53,915 bases of DNA from a virus (taxonomy: Duplodnaviria > Caudoviricetes). Numbering within the stretch: position 1 is the first letter of the stretch; the number at the start of each line of letters is the position of its first letter. Positions 1 to 8,868 of this stretch are shown one piece after another. The notes beneath the pieces are model-generated. The model did no database searches, was not told the DNA's origin, and saw only the letters and a program-made list of their open reading frames with translations. The stretch lies in the IMG/VR virus record IMGVR_UViG_3300035016_000040, one strand, 5' to 3'. Both the position numbers and the translations under genes were made by a program.

Positions 1-1320
1 ATGCCGCGTCCCATTGCCCTCAATCCCAAGTACTGCCGCGATAAATCCAACAACCGGGCGTTCGTCACGCTCGGCGGCCGCAAGGTCAGCCTGGGCGTCT
101 GGAACACGCCCGACAGCATCGCCCGCTACGACCGGGCCATTGCCGAGTGGATCTCGCGCGGCCGCCCTGCCGTCGCGCTGCCCACGGCCGAGCCGTCGCC
201 AGCGTTCGACGGGCCGTCGGTCAACGTCATTATCGCCGGTTTCGTCGCCTGGGCCGCCAAACGGTACGGCGGCGGCGTGGTGCTCGACGGGCGCCGCCCC
301 CGCGGCGAACTGGGGAACTATTGGGACGTCCTGCGCCCGCTCCGCCGGCTGTACGGCACCACGCCCGCGATGAAGTTCGGCCCGCGGGCCCTGAAGGCGC
401 TCCGCCAGGAGATGGTCGATCGACGGTTGGCCCGGTCCCACATCAACCGCCAGGTCCTGCGCCTGAAGTCCGTCTTCCGCTGGGCGACCGAAAACGAGTT
501 GCTGCCGGCGGACGTCTACGGCGCGTTGCGGTCGGTCCGCGGTCTGCGCTACGGCGAGGATGGCGCGCTCGAGGCTGAGCCGGTCCGGCCGGTGCACGAC
601 GCCGACGTCGCCGCGGTGCTGTCCCACCTGTCGCGCCACGTCCGCGCGATGGTCGAGCTGCAGGTGCTCACCGGCATGCGCCCGGGCGAGGCGTGCGCGA
701 TGCGGATCCGCGAGATCGACACGTCGGGCAAGGTCTGGGTCTACCGACCGCCCCACCACAAAACCGCTCACCACGGCAAGACGCGCGAGATCCGGATCGG
801 ACCCCGCGCACAGGACCTGCTGCGGCCGTTCCTACGCCACCAGGTCGACGCGCACGTGTTCAGCCCGGCCGAGGCCGAGAAAGAGCGCCACGCGGCCCTA
901 CGCGACGCCAGGACAACGCCAGCAAAGCCGTGGGAGCATCGTCGGGACCGATCGACCGAACCCCGCCAGCGGGCGCCTCAGGACCACTACACGACGGCCA
1001 GCTATCGCCGAGCGATCGACCGAGCCTGCATGCGGGCGTTCCGGATGCCGGCGGAGCTGAAGGAGCCGACGACGGCCGCGGCGATCGCAGCCGACACGCC
1101 AGCAGCGCAGATCGCCCGGCGCGAGGCTCGGGCGGCGTGGCGTGCGGAGCACGTCTGGACGCCGAACCAACTCCGCCACAACGCGGCCACGGCCGTTCGC
1201 CGGCAGTACGGTTTGGAGGCGGCCAGCGTCATCCTGGGCCACAGTTCAACGAAGACGACGGAGATCTACGCGGAGATCGACACCGCGAAGGCTGACTTGA
1301 TCATGTTCGAGGTGGGATAA
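1..1320 (+). CDS. int: Tyrosine recombinase / phage integrase
   Basis: Motifs GMRPGE, HKT, NQLRH, LGH, IYAE; N-terminal arm-binding-like segment; paralog of 26305..27609. Confidence 0.95.
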   Translation: MPRPIALNPKYCRDKSNNRAFVTLGGRKVSLGVWNTPDSIARYDRAIAEWISRGRPAVALPTAEPSPAFDGPSVNVIIAGFVAWAAKRYGGGVVLDGRRPRGELGNYWDVLRPLRRLYGTTPAMKFGPRALKALRQEMVDRRLARSHINRQVLRLKSVFRWATENELLPADVYGALRSVRGLRYGEDGALEAEPVRPVHDADVAAVLSHLSRHVRAMVELQVLTGMRPGEACAMRIREIDTSGKVWVYRPPHHKTAHHGKTREIRIGPRAQDLLRPFLRHQVDAHVFSPAEAEKERHAALRDARTTPAKPWEHRRDRSTEPRQRAPQDHYTTASYRRAIDRACMRAFRMPAELKEPTTAAAIAADTPAAQIARREARAAWRAEHVWTPNQLRHNAATAVRRQYGLEAASVILGHSSTKTTEIYAEIDTAKADLIMFEVG

Positions 1321-1329
1321 CGCATACCC

Positions 1330-1349
1330 TCTCCCGGGGTACCGGGAGA
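1330..1349 (+). terminator. Hairpin after integrase (possible terminator)
   Basis: TCTCCCGG-ggta-CCGGGAGA perfect 8-bp stem; no U-tract. Confidence 0.35.
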
Positions 1350-1386
1350 CGGACGATATCGGGAACTTCGGGATATACTGGCCTCT

Positions 1387-1584
1387 GTGCAGTCAAGTCA
1401 TTCGCCACCGGTCGGGAAGGATCCGCCTATCAACACCGAGGCGCAGTGGGCGCACGTCAAGTGCGACCTGTCGCCGCTCGACTACGTGCGGCTGAAGCAG
1501 CTCAAGCGCATGCGCGGGTGTCGCTACCTCACGGACGCGATCCGCCTGGCGATCAACTCGGGGTTGAAAGCCGAGGGGTTATGA
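1387..1584 (+). CDS. Small putative ribbon-helix-helix DNA-binding protein
   Basis: HVKCDLSPLDYVRLKQLKRMRGCRYLTDAIRLAI resembles a strand-helix-helix pattern; TATACT 7 nt upstream of the GTG. Confidence 0.45.
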   Translation: MQSSHSPPVGKDPPINTEAQWAHVKCDLSPLDYVRLKQLKRMRGCRYLTDAIRLAINSGLKAEGL

Positions 1585-1740
1585 GGTTCACAAGCCAGCT
1601 GACGTCGGTCGGATCCTTTGAACCGGGGTCGACACCTAGGGGCGCTATCCCAAAGGTTGCCCCCGCCAGCCGAACTTGTGGTAGACTTCGCCTGGCGAAT
1701 CACGTCGCAAAAGGGGAAACCCAGGTCGATTTACGCTTGA

Positions 1741-1801
1741 GGGCGGATTGTTGGCCGTTTTGCGTCCTGTGGCCCTAGCGGCGGCCTGTGGACATCGCGA
1801 A
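1741..1801 (+). promoter_or_regulatory. Conserved non-coding element upstream of the pilin cassette (copy A)
   Basis: 57/61 nt identical to the reverse complement of 52678..52738; core 1754..1801 is 47/48 identical; contains two CCTGTGG direct repeats 20 nt apart. Confidence 0.75.
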
Positions 1802-1820
1802 TAGTGAAGGGTGGCGGGTT

Positions 1821-2096
1821 ATGGAATGGGATGATGAGGATATGACTTTGCCCCGTGTGGTGAACGCGATTGTGGTTTTCGCTGCCACGATCCTTTTCGG
1901 GGTGATGATCGTCTGGTTTGGCAACGCCACCAACCAGCCAGATCAGCGGCGGTACCTAGGGGTTGCTGCCGTTTGTACCGTCGTGGCGATCGTCGGCGCC
2001 GGTGCGGACTACTACCTGAAGCACCGGAAAGCGGCGACCGAACGGCAGCGGGGATTCCCGATCGTCATCCCGATGGAGAAACACAATGAAACGTAG
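1821..2096 (+). CDS. Small two-TM membrane protein coupled to the prepilin-like gene (start may be 1788 or 1842)
   Basis: Two hydrophobic stretches (VVNAIVVFAATILFGVMIVWFG; YLGVAAVCTVVAIVGAGA); the gene end overlaps the pilin start by 11 nt. Confidence 0.7.
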   Translation: MEWDDEDMTLPRVVNAIVVFAATILFGVMIVWFGNATNQPDQRRYLGVAAVCTVVAIVGAGADYYLKHRKAATERQRGFPIVIPMEKHNET

Positions 2097-3366
2097 CGCC
2101 TTCACCCTTGTCGAGCTGCTGATCTCGGTCGCGATCGCGCTGATTCTGATCGTCGGCATTGCGACCGTGTTCAACCTGACCGGCCAGACGATCGGGGCCG
2201 GCATGGCGCTATCCGCCGTCACGCGCGACCAGCGAGCCGCGCAGACGGTTTTCAGCTCGGACTTTGAAGGGCTCGCCAGCACCAATCCCGGCCTCGTCAT
2301 CTGGAGCGGCACGACGGCTGGGTATCTCGACGCAGCGGCGCGAGATCAGGATCCGACGCGAGATGCAGCCATGACAGGCCGGACGCTCTACCGCACGGAT
2401 CGCCTGGGCATGTTCGTCACCGGCGAATTCCGCCGGCAGAGCGGCAACGATAACTACCTGACGGCTGACGTGACGGCCGAACAAGCGTATGTGTGGTACG
2501 GCCACCTGATGCTTCCGGACAACAGCGGTGCGTTCGTCTACAACAACGATCCGAACGACTGGATCACGATCGGCTCGATCAACCCGAACGCTGGCTCCAC
2601 GTTCGCGACCAACCCAAACAATTACTTCGCGCGACAGTGGACGCTAGGTCGCGTTGCGCTGTTGATGAAGTCGAAGAATGCGAGCACCGGCGAGATTTTG
2701 GACAAGGCGAACACCCCTCAATACTTCATCGACGACGACAACAGCGGCAACGATATGCGACCGTTCATGTACAACTCCCCCGACAACAACACCGCTGCAG
2801 CGGCGGCGGCTCGGGCGCGTGTCCAGCAGTCGCGATATGACCTGGTGGGGTTGAACGGCGATCCGTTCGTCCGCGTGGCGTCTAAGCTGGTGGGCACATG
2901 GTGGGATGAACTCAACTACCCGTTCCAAGCCGATCCGTACCCGTCCCGCCCGCTAACGTCTGCTGGCGCAGCGAAGACGGCCCCGCTATTTCTCCCTGGG
3001 GTGACTGAGTTCCGGGTTGAGTTCGCGGGCGATTATGCGGCACCGGTCGGGATCGACAGGGTAGACGTGGATCCGGACGGCGGAGGCGGGCTGCCTGCCG
3101 TTTCGCAGATTCGTTGGTACGGGCTAGCTCGCGACGTTAACGAGGACGGCGACCTTCTCGATCCCGAAGACGTAACGTGGCCGTACGGTACAGGCACCAC
3201 CAGTGCCGCGCAGAACGTCGTCGGCGGCACGCCCACCGTCTTCGCATGGGGGCCGACAACGACGACTCCCTGGCCGTCGCTGATCCGCATCACCTACACG
3301 ATGCAGGACGCGCAGGGGCGGCTGAACAACCCGCAGCCGGTCGAGATGATCTTCAAGGTTCAGTAG
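2086..3366 (+). CDS. Prepilin-type N-terminal cleavage/methylation protein (GspJ/PilW-like minor pseudopilin)
   Basis: Class III signal MKRSA|FTLVELLISVAIALILIVGIATVF with E5; FSSDFEG helix end; C-terminal WPSLIRITYTMQD as in J/W-type pilins. Confidence 0.85.
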   Translation: MKRSAFTLVELLISVAIALILIVGIATVFNLTGQTIGAGMALSAVTRDQRAAQTVFSSDFEGLASTNPGLVIWSGTTAGYLDAAARDQDPTRDAAMTGRTLYRTDRLGMFVTGEFRRQSGNDNYLTADVTAEQAYVWYGHLMLPDNSGAFVYNNDPNDWITIGSINPNAGSTFATNPNNYFARQWTLGRVALLMKSKNASTGEILDKANTPQYFIDDDNSGNDMRPFMYNSPDNNTAAAAAARARVQQSRYDLVGLNGDPFVRVASKLVGTWWDELNYPFQADPYPSRPLTSAGAAKTAPLFLPGVTEFRVEFAGDYAAPVGIDRVDVDPDGGGGLPAVSQIRWYGLARDVNEDGDLLDPEDVTWPYGTGTTSAAQNVVGGTPTVFAWGPTTTTPWPSLIRITYTMQDAQGRLNNPQPVEMIFKVQ

Positions 3367-3643
3367 ACGGCCATCGCGGAATCGGCAGCGGGCATTGCTC
3401 CGATGCCAGCCTCGTCTTGGCGGCTAGGAAGCAGTTGCAGATGGTGCAGCGGCTCAAGTTGGTCAGTCCCTTCGTGGCGGCGTGCTTCGGATCGTGGTTT
3501 CGAGTGGCGAACTCGCACGCCCGGCACTGGTCGCGCCTGGCCTGCACCACATCGTCGCGAGCCTGATCGACGGCGACGCCCACAGCTTGCAGTCCGGCCT
3601 TGGCCAATCCGACGACGCCCTTCGTGCAATCGGAGCAGTTCAT
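3353..3643 (-). CDS. Small Cys-rich protein at the end of the tail operon
   Basis: MNCSDC...RRDQCRACE...RCTICNCFLAAKTRLASEQCP; ATGA overlap with the upstream gene. Confidence 0.7.
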   Translation of the reverse strand: MNCSDCTKGVVGLAKAGLQAVGVAVDQARDDVVQARRDQCRACEFATRNHDPKHAATKGLTNLSRCTICNCFLAAKTRLASEQCPLPIPRWPSTEP

Positions 3644-4539
3644 ATCCCCACCTCCACGTAAGGCGTCACCGTGGCGGTGCCGCCGGTGGCGATCGTGGTC
3701 ACGGCTTCGAACGGGTCGCCGGTCGGGCACACGTTACTGTTGACGCCCGAGTATGAACCAAGGCAGTCGAAGGACGCCGTTGCAATCATTGCATCAAAAA
3801 GTGACAGGCGCGAGTACCCGGGGACCGGAATGTTGTCGAGCCTCATCGCCAGGCTCCAGAAACCACTGGAAAGGTTGCGGTTCAGTATAACTGTGACAGG
3901 AACCTCAACCTCGGCATCGGTGCATCCTCCGGGGTCTGGCTGTCCGGCATAGACCGTCGTCTGGTGACCGCGCACCAGATCGGTATGGGGATTGGTCCAA
4001 GCGGAGGCATTGAATCGCCGCAGGCAGAACCGGTTGTTGGGATTACCGCTCCACCTCGCGTAGAAGTAATCGCCGAATGACCCGTTGCGCTTAACGCATC
4101 CGCAGTTGTTCACAATTCCCGAGAACTCCACCTCGATAAAGTCTGGGGAGGAACCACAGCCCGTTACGGCGGTGGTCCTCAATGACACCGTGATGGTGCC
4201 GGTGGCGGGGGTCGTAAGCGTGTTGCTGACAGAGTACGTAACGGTGGTTGCGCTCGCGACCGTCCCTGATCCGTTGGTGAAGTTGTACCCGCTGGGGGTC
4301 GCACCGCTTACGGTGAAATTCGGCGGGAATGAAGGGTTGAACAGGTGAGGTTCAGGAAACGTGATCGTGGCAACGGTGCCGGACCGCGTGATCGTCACGC
4401 CCGTCCATGACTTCGGCAGGTTGTTGCACGGTCCGCCACAGCAGCAATCGTCGCCGTTACCATCCGACAGAATCACGTTGCCGCTGTCGTCTAGGATGAC
4501 GTTACCGCTTGCGTCGAGTAGTCGGTCACCATTTGCCAT
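3640..4539 (-). CDS. Putative tail-tip / receptor-binding protein
   Basis: Last large gene of the tail operon; Thr/Gly/Ser-rich beta sequence, CCC motif, atypical codon usage; ATG at 4539 follows the upstream stop. Confidence 0.6.
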   Translation of the reverse strand: MANGDRLLDASGNVILDDSGNVILSDGNGDDCCCGGPCNNLPKSWTGVTITRSGTVATITFPEPHLFNPSFPPNFTVSGATPSGYNFTNGSGTVASATTVTYSVSNTLTTPATGTITVSLRTTAVTGCGSSPDFIEVEFSGIVNNCGCVKRNGSFGDYFYARWSGNPNNRFCLRRFNASAWTNPHTDLVRGHQTTVYAGQPDPGGCTDAEVEVPVTVILNRNLSSGFWSLAMRLDNIPVPGYSRLSLFDAMIATASFDCLGSYSGVNSNVCPTGDPFEAVTTIATGGTATVTPYVEVGI

Positions 4540-4540
4540 A

Positions 4541-5170
4541 TCAGCATCCTCCCGATCCAGGCGTCTCGCCCGCGTCCCAGAGAACCAGCGCCCCCGTCTG
4601 ATTGTAGAACGCCAGGCCGTAGCCCGTGCCGAACGCCATGGCGCCAAGTGGGCGAGGGCGGCCGACGGCGACAGCGGTTCCAATCTCAATGTCCCCGATC
4701 GTGCTGACCGTGTACGTCCAGGATGCCGCGGTTGTCTTTGAACCACCGGCACCACCCGTTTTCGTCACCTTCACCGGGAAGATCTGCCCGGTGCCGGCGA
4801 ACAGATAGACCGGGTCGCCGCTGGCGTTGTAGCCATGCGTGCGTGCACGATAACGCTGCGGCAAGTTGGTGGCGGCGCTATACAGCCCGCTGCTCTGGTT
4901 CTGCTCGCGCGCGTTCGTCGTGCCCGTCACGGCCGGATCCACGTCGGCCCAGGCGTTGGTGACGGGGTTGAAGTAGACCAGCTTCCAGCTGTACCAGCCG
5001 GCCAGCGTACCCGTGCCCTCGGCGGTCAACTGAATCCAGAACTCATCTGACGGCACCGGCCTGCCTGGCGTCTGGCGGGTCGACCTGTAGTCGGGGTGGC
5101 GCTCGTAGTGTCGCGTGGCGGCGACGACGCGCGACGCCCCCGCTCGGTCAAGCCTCAGCTCTTCGGCCAT
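4541..5170 (-). CDS. Minor tail protein (conserved N-terminus, variable C-terminus)
   Basis: N-terminal ~125 aa closely match 49439..50035; tail-operon position. Confidence 0.7.
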   Translation of the reverse strand: MAEELRLDRAGASRVVAATRHYERHPDYRSTRQTPGRPVPSDEFWIQLTAEGTGTLAGWYSWKLVYFNPVTNAWADVDPAVTGTTNAREQNQSSGLYSAATNLPQRYRARTHGYNASGDPVYLFAGTGQIFPVKVTKTGGAGGSKTTAASWTYTVSTIGDIEIGTAVAVGRPRPLGAMAFGTGYGLAFYNQTGALVLWDAGETPGSGGC

Positions 5171-5185
5171 CTGCGGATCCTCCTG

Positions 5186-6088
5186 TTATGCGAGCGGCAA
5201 GCTTGTGTGCGCTACCGAAGCGTAGGGCTTGAACGTCAGCTCTGCCGGCGTGTCCGAAATGTTGGTTTTCTTCGCGCCCGCTCCGTCCAACGGCCACGCG
5301 GTCTCGACCGGCGTCGGATCCTTGTCGCCCTTCACGATCGTCTTCAGCTTGCCGGTGGTGCCGTCCTTCTCATTGAAGCCGCGATCCTCGACGACGTGGT
5401 CCCAGCTTGAGCGGAACTGATAGAGGACCTTGGACTGTCGGTAGGTCACCGCCACGCCGTTCACCGTCTCGGTCTGCACGCCGCCGACGGTCCAGCTCTT
5501 CAGCTTGGCCTTGCCCGCGGGCACGGGCACGCCGTCGACCGTGATGCTGCCCGCGTTGACCGTGTCCTTCAGGTCCAGAGCCGCCACGACGCTGTACGAC
5601 CCGGCACCGCTGGTCGGAATGTTCTTGGTGATCGTGGCGGTCAGACTGCCGGTCTCGCGTTCCAGGAACTGCTCGAATCGCTCCTTTGCACTGTTCACCA
5701 CGGGCTTGGGCGTGCTGCTCTTGTCGATGAAATACGGCTCGGTTGAGTCGTCGAAATCCCACGTCACGTCGGCCGTCCGGTTGAGCGGGTTGGGCTCGAC
5801 CGTCACGACGTTGATCTTGTCGCTGTACCCGACCTCGACCGTGAAGACCTTGCGCTTGCCGTCCTTCTCGGTCGACGCGCTGATGGAGGTGACCTTGCGC
5901 GTCGCGTCGTGCGGGTGGCCGGCCCCCCGGGCGGGGATCGACGCAGCGCCCACGGTAGCGGTCTCGGCCGCCACGGTCGTCGTCGGCGTGTCGGAGATCG
6001 CGACGAAAACCCGCTTGGCGGTCTTCTCGTCGTTCGTCTGCTCGCTCTCCGACAGGTGGCCCTGCTCGCTGACCTGTATCCATGCCAT
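5186..6088 (-). CDS. Minor tail protein immediately after tape measure (distal tail / hub candidate)
   Basis: Synteny; strong similarity to 48521..49420 over the full length. Confidence 0.75.
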   Translation of the reverse strand: MAWIQVSEQGHLSESEQTNDEKTAKRVFVAISDTPTTTVAAETATVGAASIPARGAGHPHDATRKVTSISASTEKDGKRKVFTVEVGYSDKINVVTVEPNPLNRTADVTWDFDDSTEPYFIDKSSTPKPVVNSAKERFEQFLERETGSLTATITKNIPTSGAGSYSVVAALDLKDTVNAGSITVDGVPVPAGKAKLKSWTVGGVQTETVNGVAVTYRQSKVLYQFRSSWDHVVEDRGFNEKDGTTGKLKTIVKGDKDPTPVETAWPLDGAGAKKTNISDTPAELTFKPYASVAHTSLPLA

Positions 6089-6102
6089 TGGGTTTCGGCT
6101 CC

Positions 6103-8868
6103 TTAAAACGTGATGAGCGACACCGTGTTCTTGTGCACCGCGTCGTCGATGCTCTTCAGGTGGGTAGTCTGCTTCGTCATCTCGACCAGCTGCTTCTGAA
6201 TCAGCTCGCTGGCCGTCTCGCGCATCCCGCTACTGGTCGATACCGATAGCGGCGCCGGCTGCGACAGCCCCGCCAGCGTTCCAGACTGCGGGATCCGCGG
6301 ACCGCCGCCGGCGATACTCGCCGCGTCCGGAACCATCGTCGACAGCACCGGGGTGATGAACCGCATCGCCTGGGCCTCTGCGCTGCCCGCCATGGTGAGG
6401 CTCGCTCGCTTCAGTTCGGGCGGCTGCAGTTTCGCGGCCGCAGCGGCCGTGGCCTTGTCGAAGACGGCCTGGGTGATCAGCCCCTGGTCGAGCATCGTCT
6501 GCAGGTTCGCCAGCTCGTCGTTGTACTTCTCCAGCGGCGACTTGACCGATTCGGTGATGCTCCGCGCGTCGGCGGCGAGCTTGTCGGTCATCGTCTTGCG
6601 CGACTCGTCGCGCACCGCGGCGAATTGCTCGGCCGTCAGCTTGCCGGTCGCCCAGAGTTGCTGCAGGGCCTCCATCTGGGCCGCGTACGTCTGGAGCGGG
6701 TTGCCGGCGTCGATGTCCTTCAACGACTGCAGCTGCGTCTTGAGGTTCAGCAGACCCGTCGCCTCCGCCAGGTCGCCCTGCTCGGCGCCCGCGGCCCGCA
6801 GCTCCGCCAGCTCCTTCTGGACGTCCGACAGCCCGAACGACGCGACGTCGGCCTTCAGCTTCTCCATCGCGTCGCGGACCTTCTGATTCGGCCCCTTCAC
6901 CGCCTGCTCGACGGCCATCGCGGTCTGCTGGGTCTTCGTGCCGACGTCTGCGGCCGCGGCGGCGGCCGTCGCGGCGCTGGTTCGGACGCCGTCGAAGAAC
7001 TGGCCGACCTTCGATGCGCTGTCGGCCGTCATGAACTGGTTGAACGACGCGCCCGCGTCGTCCTTCATTCGCCTGGCGTCGGCGATAAGGCCATCGGCGA
7101 GATCTCCGGTGAACGTGGTCCACTGCACGCTGACGCCGGGCATGAGGTTGAGCAGGCTCACCAGGCCAGCCCCCACCAGGTCGACCGCCTTGACGACCCC
7201 GAACACGGCGAACGTCGCGCCGGCCTGCAGCATCTTGAAGCCCGCAACGAGCAGGTTGCTGTAGTCGATCGCGTAGGCGAAGCCCTTGGCGATCATTTCC
7301 GCGCCGCTGAGCACCAGGTTGCCCGCGTTCTGGCCGACGCTGCCGCTGGCGGCGAGCCCGCCGATGAACGACTCGAGGATCGGCATCGCGGCGTCCGCCA
7401 GCACGCTCAACGAGCCGGTGACGCCGGCGATTGCCCCGCGCAGGTCCAGTTTCTCGGTGATCGTCTCGCCGATCTTTGTGAGGCTCATCGTCACCGTGTC
7501 CTGCAGGGTGCTGTAAAGCCCCGCCATGGTCAGGCTCTGCGCCCCCATCATGTTGTGGAACTTCCCGCCCTCGCCCGTCAGGCTGATCATCGCCTGCTGC
7601 AGCTGGGGAAAGCCGATCTTCCCCTGCTCGACCATCTTCCGGACCTCGCCGTCGGTAACGCCGAACTGCTTGGCAAATTCCTGAATGACGGGGATGCCGC
7701 GGCCGGTGAGCTGGTTGACGTCCTCCATGTACAGCCGGCCCTGCACGCGGGCCTTGCCGTAGATCTCCGACAGCTCGCCAAGCGGGATGTTCAGGCCGGC
7801 CGACACGTCGCCCAGCGCCCGCATCGTCGGGATGATCTGGTCTTGCGCCACGCCGAACGACAGCAGCGCCTTGGCGGCACCGACCAGCTCGGGCGTCTGG
7901 AACGGTGTGGCGGCGGCGAACGCATTGATCTCGCCCTGCAGCTGCCTCGCCTTGTCGGCCGAGCCCAGCATGGTCGTAAACGCGACGCGCGACGTCTCGG
8001 CTTCGGCCGCCAGCTTGATCGAGTAGGCGGCAAGCCCGCCGACGCCGGCGATCGCCGCACCGGCACCGACGGCCGCGACCCGGGCCATCCCACCACCGAT
8101 CCGCCCCATCGTGCCCATGACCGACGAGGCGACGCCCTTGGCGTGGCTGGCCAGGCCGCTCAGGAGCGCACGGGCCTTCGTGACGGCGACGGCAACCCCG
8201 TAATGCGTTGCCCGCAGCGCTACGATGACGCCCTTGCCGGCCAGACGGCTCAGCGGCGCCAGCGCCTGCAACGCGCCGGCGGCGGGGAGTTTGGCGGCAT
8301 TCACCGCTGCGATCACGATGCGCACGGCGCGGTACTGCTTCAGCGCGTCGATGCGAGCCCGAGCGGCGGCGACCTGGGCGCTCAGACGGTCGCCCGCCAG
8401 CCACACGCGGAACTGGATCGGCTCAGCCATGCGCATGAGCCGGGCCCGCTGCGTCCGCATGAACGCCTGCGCCTCAGCGGCCTTGCCGGCGACAATCGAC
8501 GCAGCGACCTGCACGCGGCTTGCGGCGACGATCCCCTGCAGGATCGGACGTGCCCGCAGCCAGGCCTCCGCCAGCTTCTCGCGCCCGATCTCCATGCCGA
8601 TCTGTACGTCGCGGTTTCGCGCGAACGTACGCATGGCGGACTGCGCGAACGCCATCGTGGTCTGCAGGGAGGCGATCGTGTCGGCGCCGGCCAGCTTCAG
8701 CTCACCAGCGCTCTTGCTCATCCTGGAGTAGGCGGCCGTGGAATTCGTCAGCCGGTTGAACGCGGCCGACGCGATCGACACCGACCCGGCCGCCGCGGCG
8801 AACGTCGCGGCCAGGCCGTTGGCGGTGCCGGTGATGCCCACCGACATGGTGCTGATGCGTTTAGCCAT
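6103..8868 (-). CDS. Tail tape measure protein
   Basis: 921 aa, Ala-rich; tape-measure domain (FTTMLGSADKA...FAAATPF...LGDVSAG...GKARVQGRLYMEDVNQL). Confidence 0.92.
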   Translation of the reverse strand: MAKRISTMSVGITGTANGLAATFAAAAGSVSIASAAFNRLTNSTAAYSRMSKSAGELKLAGADTIASLQTTMAFAQSAMRTFARNRDVQIGMEIGREKLAEAWLRARPILQGIVAASRVQVAASIVAGKAAEAQAFMRTQRARLMRMAEPIQFRVWLAGDRLSAQVAAARARIDALKQYRAVRIVIAAVNAAKLPAAGALQALAPLSRLAGKGVIVALRATHYGVAVAVTKARALLSGLASHAKGVASSVMGTMGRIGGGMARVAAVGAGAAIAGVGGLAAYSIKLAAEAETSRVAFTTMLGSADKARQLQGEINAFAAATPFQTPELVGAAKALLSFGVAQDQIIPTMRALGDVSAGLNIPLGELSEIYGKARVQGRLYMEDVNQLTGRGIPVIQEFAKQFGVTDGEVRKMVEQGKIGFPQLQQAMISLTGEGGKFHNMMGAQSLTMAGLYSTLQDTVTMSLTKIGETITEKLDLRGAIAGVTGSLSVLADAAMPILESFIGGLAASGSVGQNAGNLVLSGAEMIAKGFAYAIDYSNLLVAGFKMLQAGATFAVFGVVKAVDLVGAGLVSLLNLMPGVSVQWTTFTGDLADGLIADARRMKDDAGASFNQFMTADSASKVGQFFDGVRTSAATAAAAAADVGTKTQQTAMAVEQAVKGPNQKVRDAMEKLKADVASFGLSDVQKELAELRAAGAEQGDLAEATGLLNLKTQLQSLKDIDAGNPLQTYAAQMEALQQLWATGKLTAEQFAAVRDESRKTMTDKLAADARSITESVKSPLEKYNDELANLQTMLDQGLITQAVFDKATAAAAAKLQPPELKRASLTMAGSAEAQAMRFITPVLSTMVPDAASIAGGGPRIPQSGTLAGLSQPAPLSVSTSSGMRETASELIQKQLVEMTKQTTHLKSIDDAVHKNTVSLITF

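Noticed and set aside
1691-1740. c-di-GMP-type riboswitch upstream of the pilin cassette
   Set aside because: Only loose GCAAA/GGAAAC words; the required stems and order do not fit
1821-2096. Holin call for the small 2-TM proteins
   Set aside because: Antisense to the late operon, coupled to pilin genes, and no adjacent endolysin
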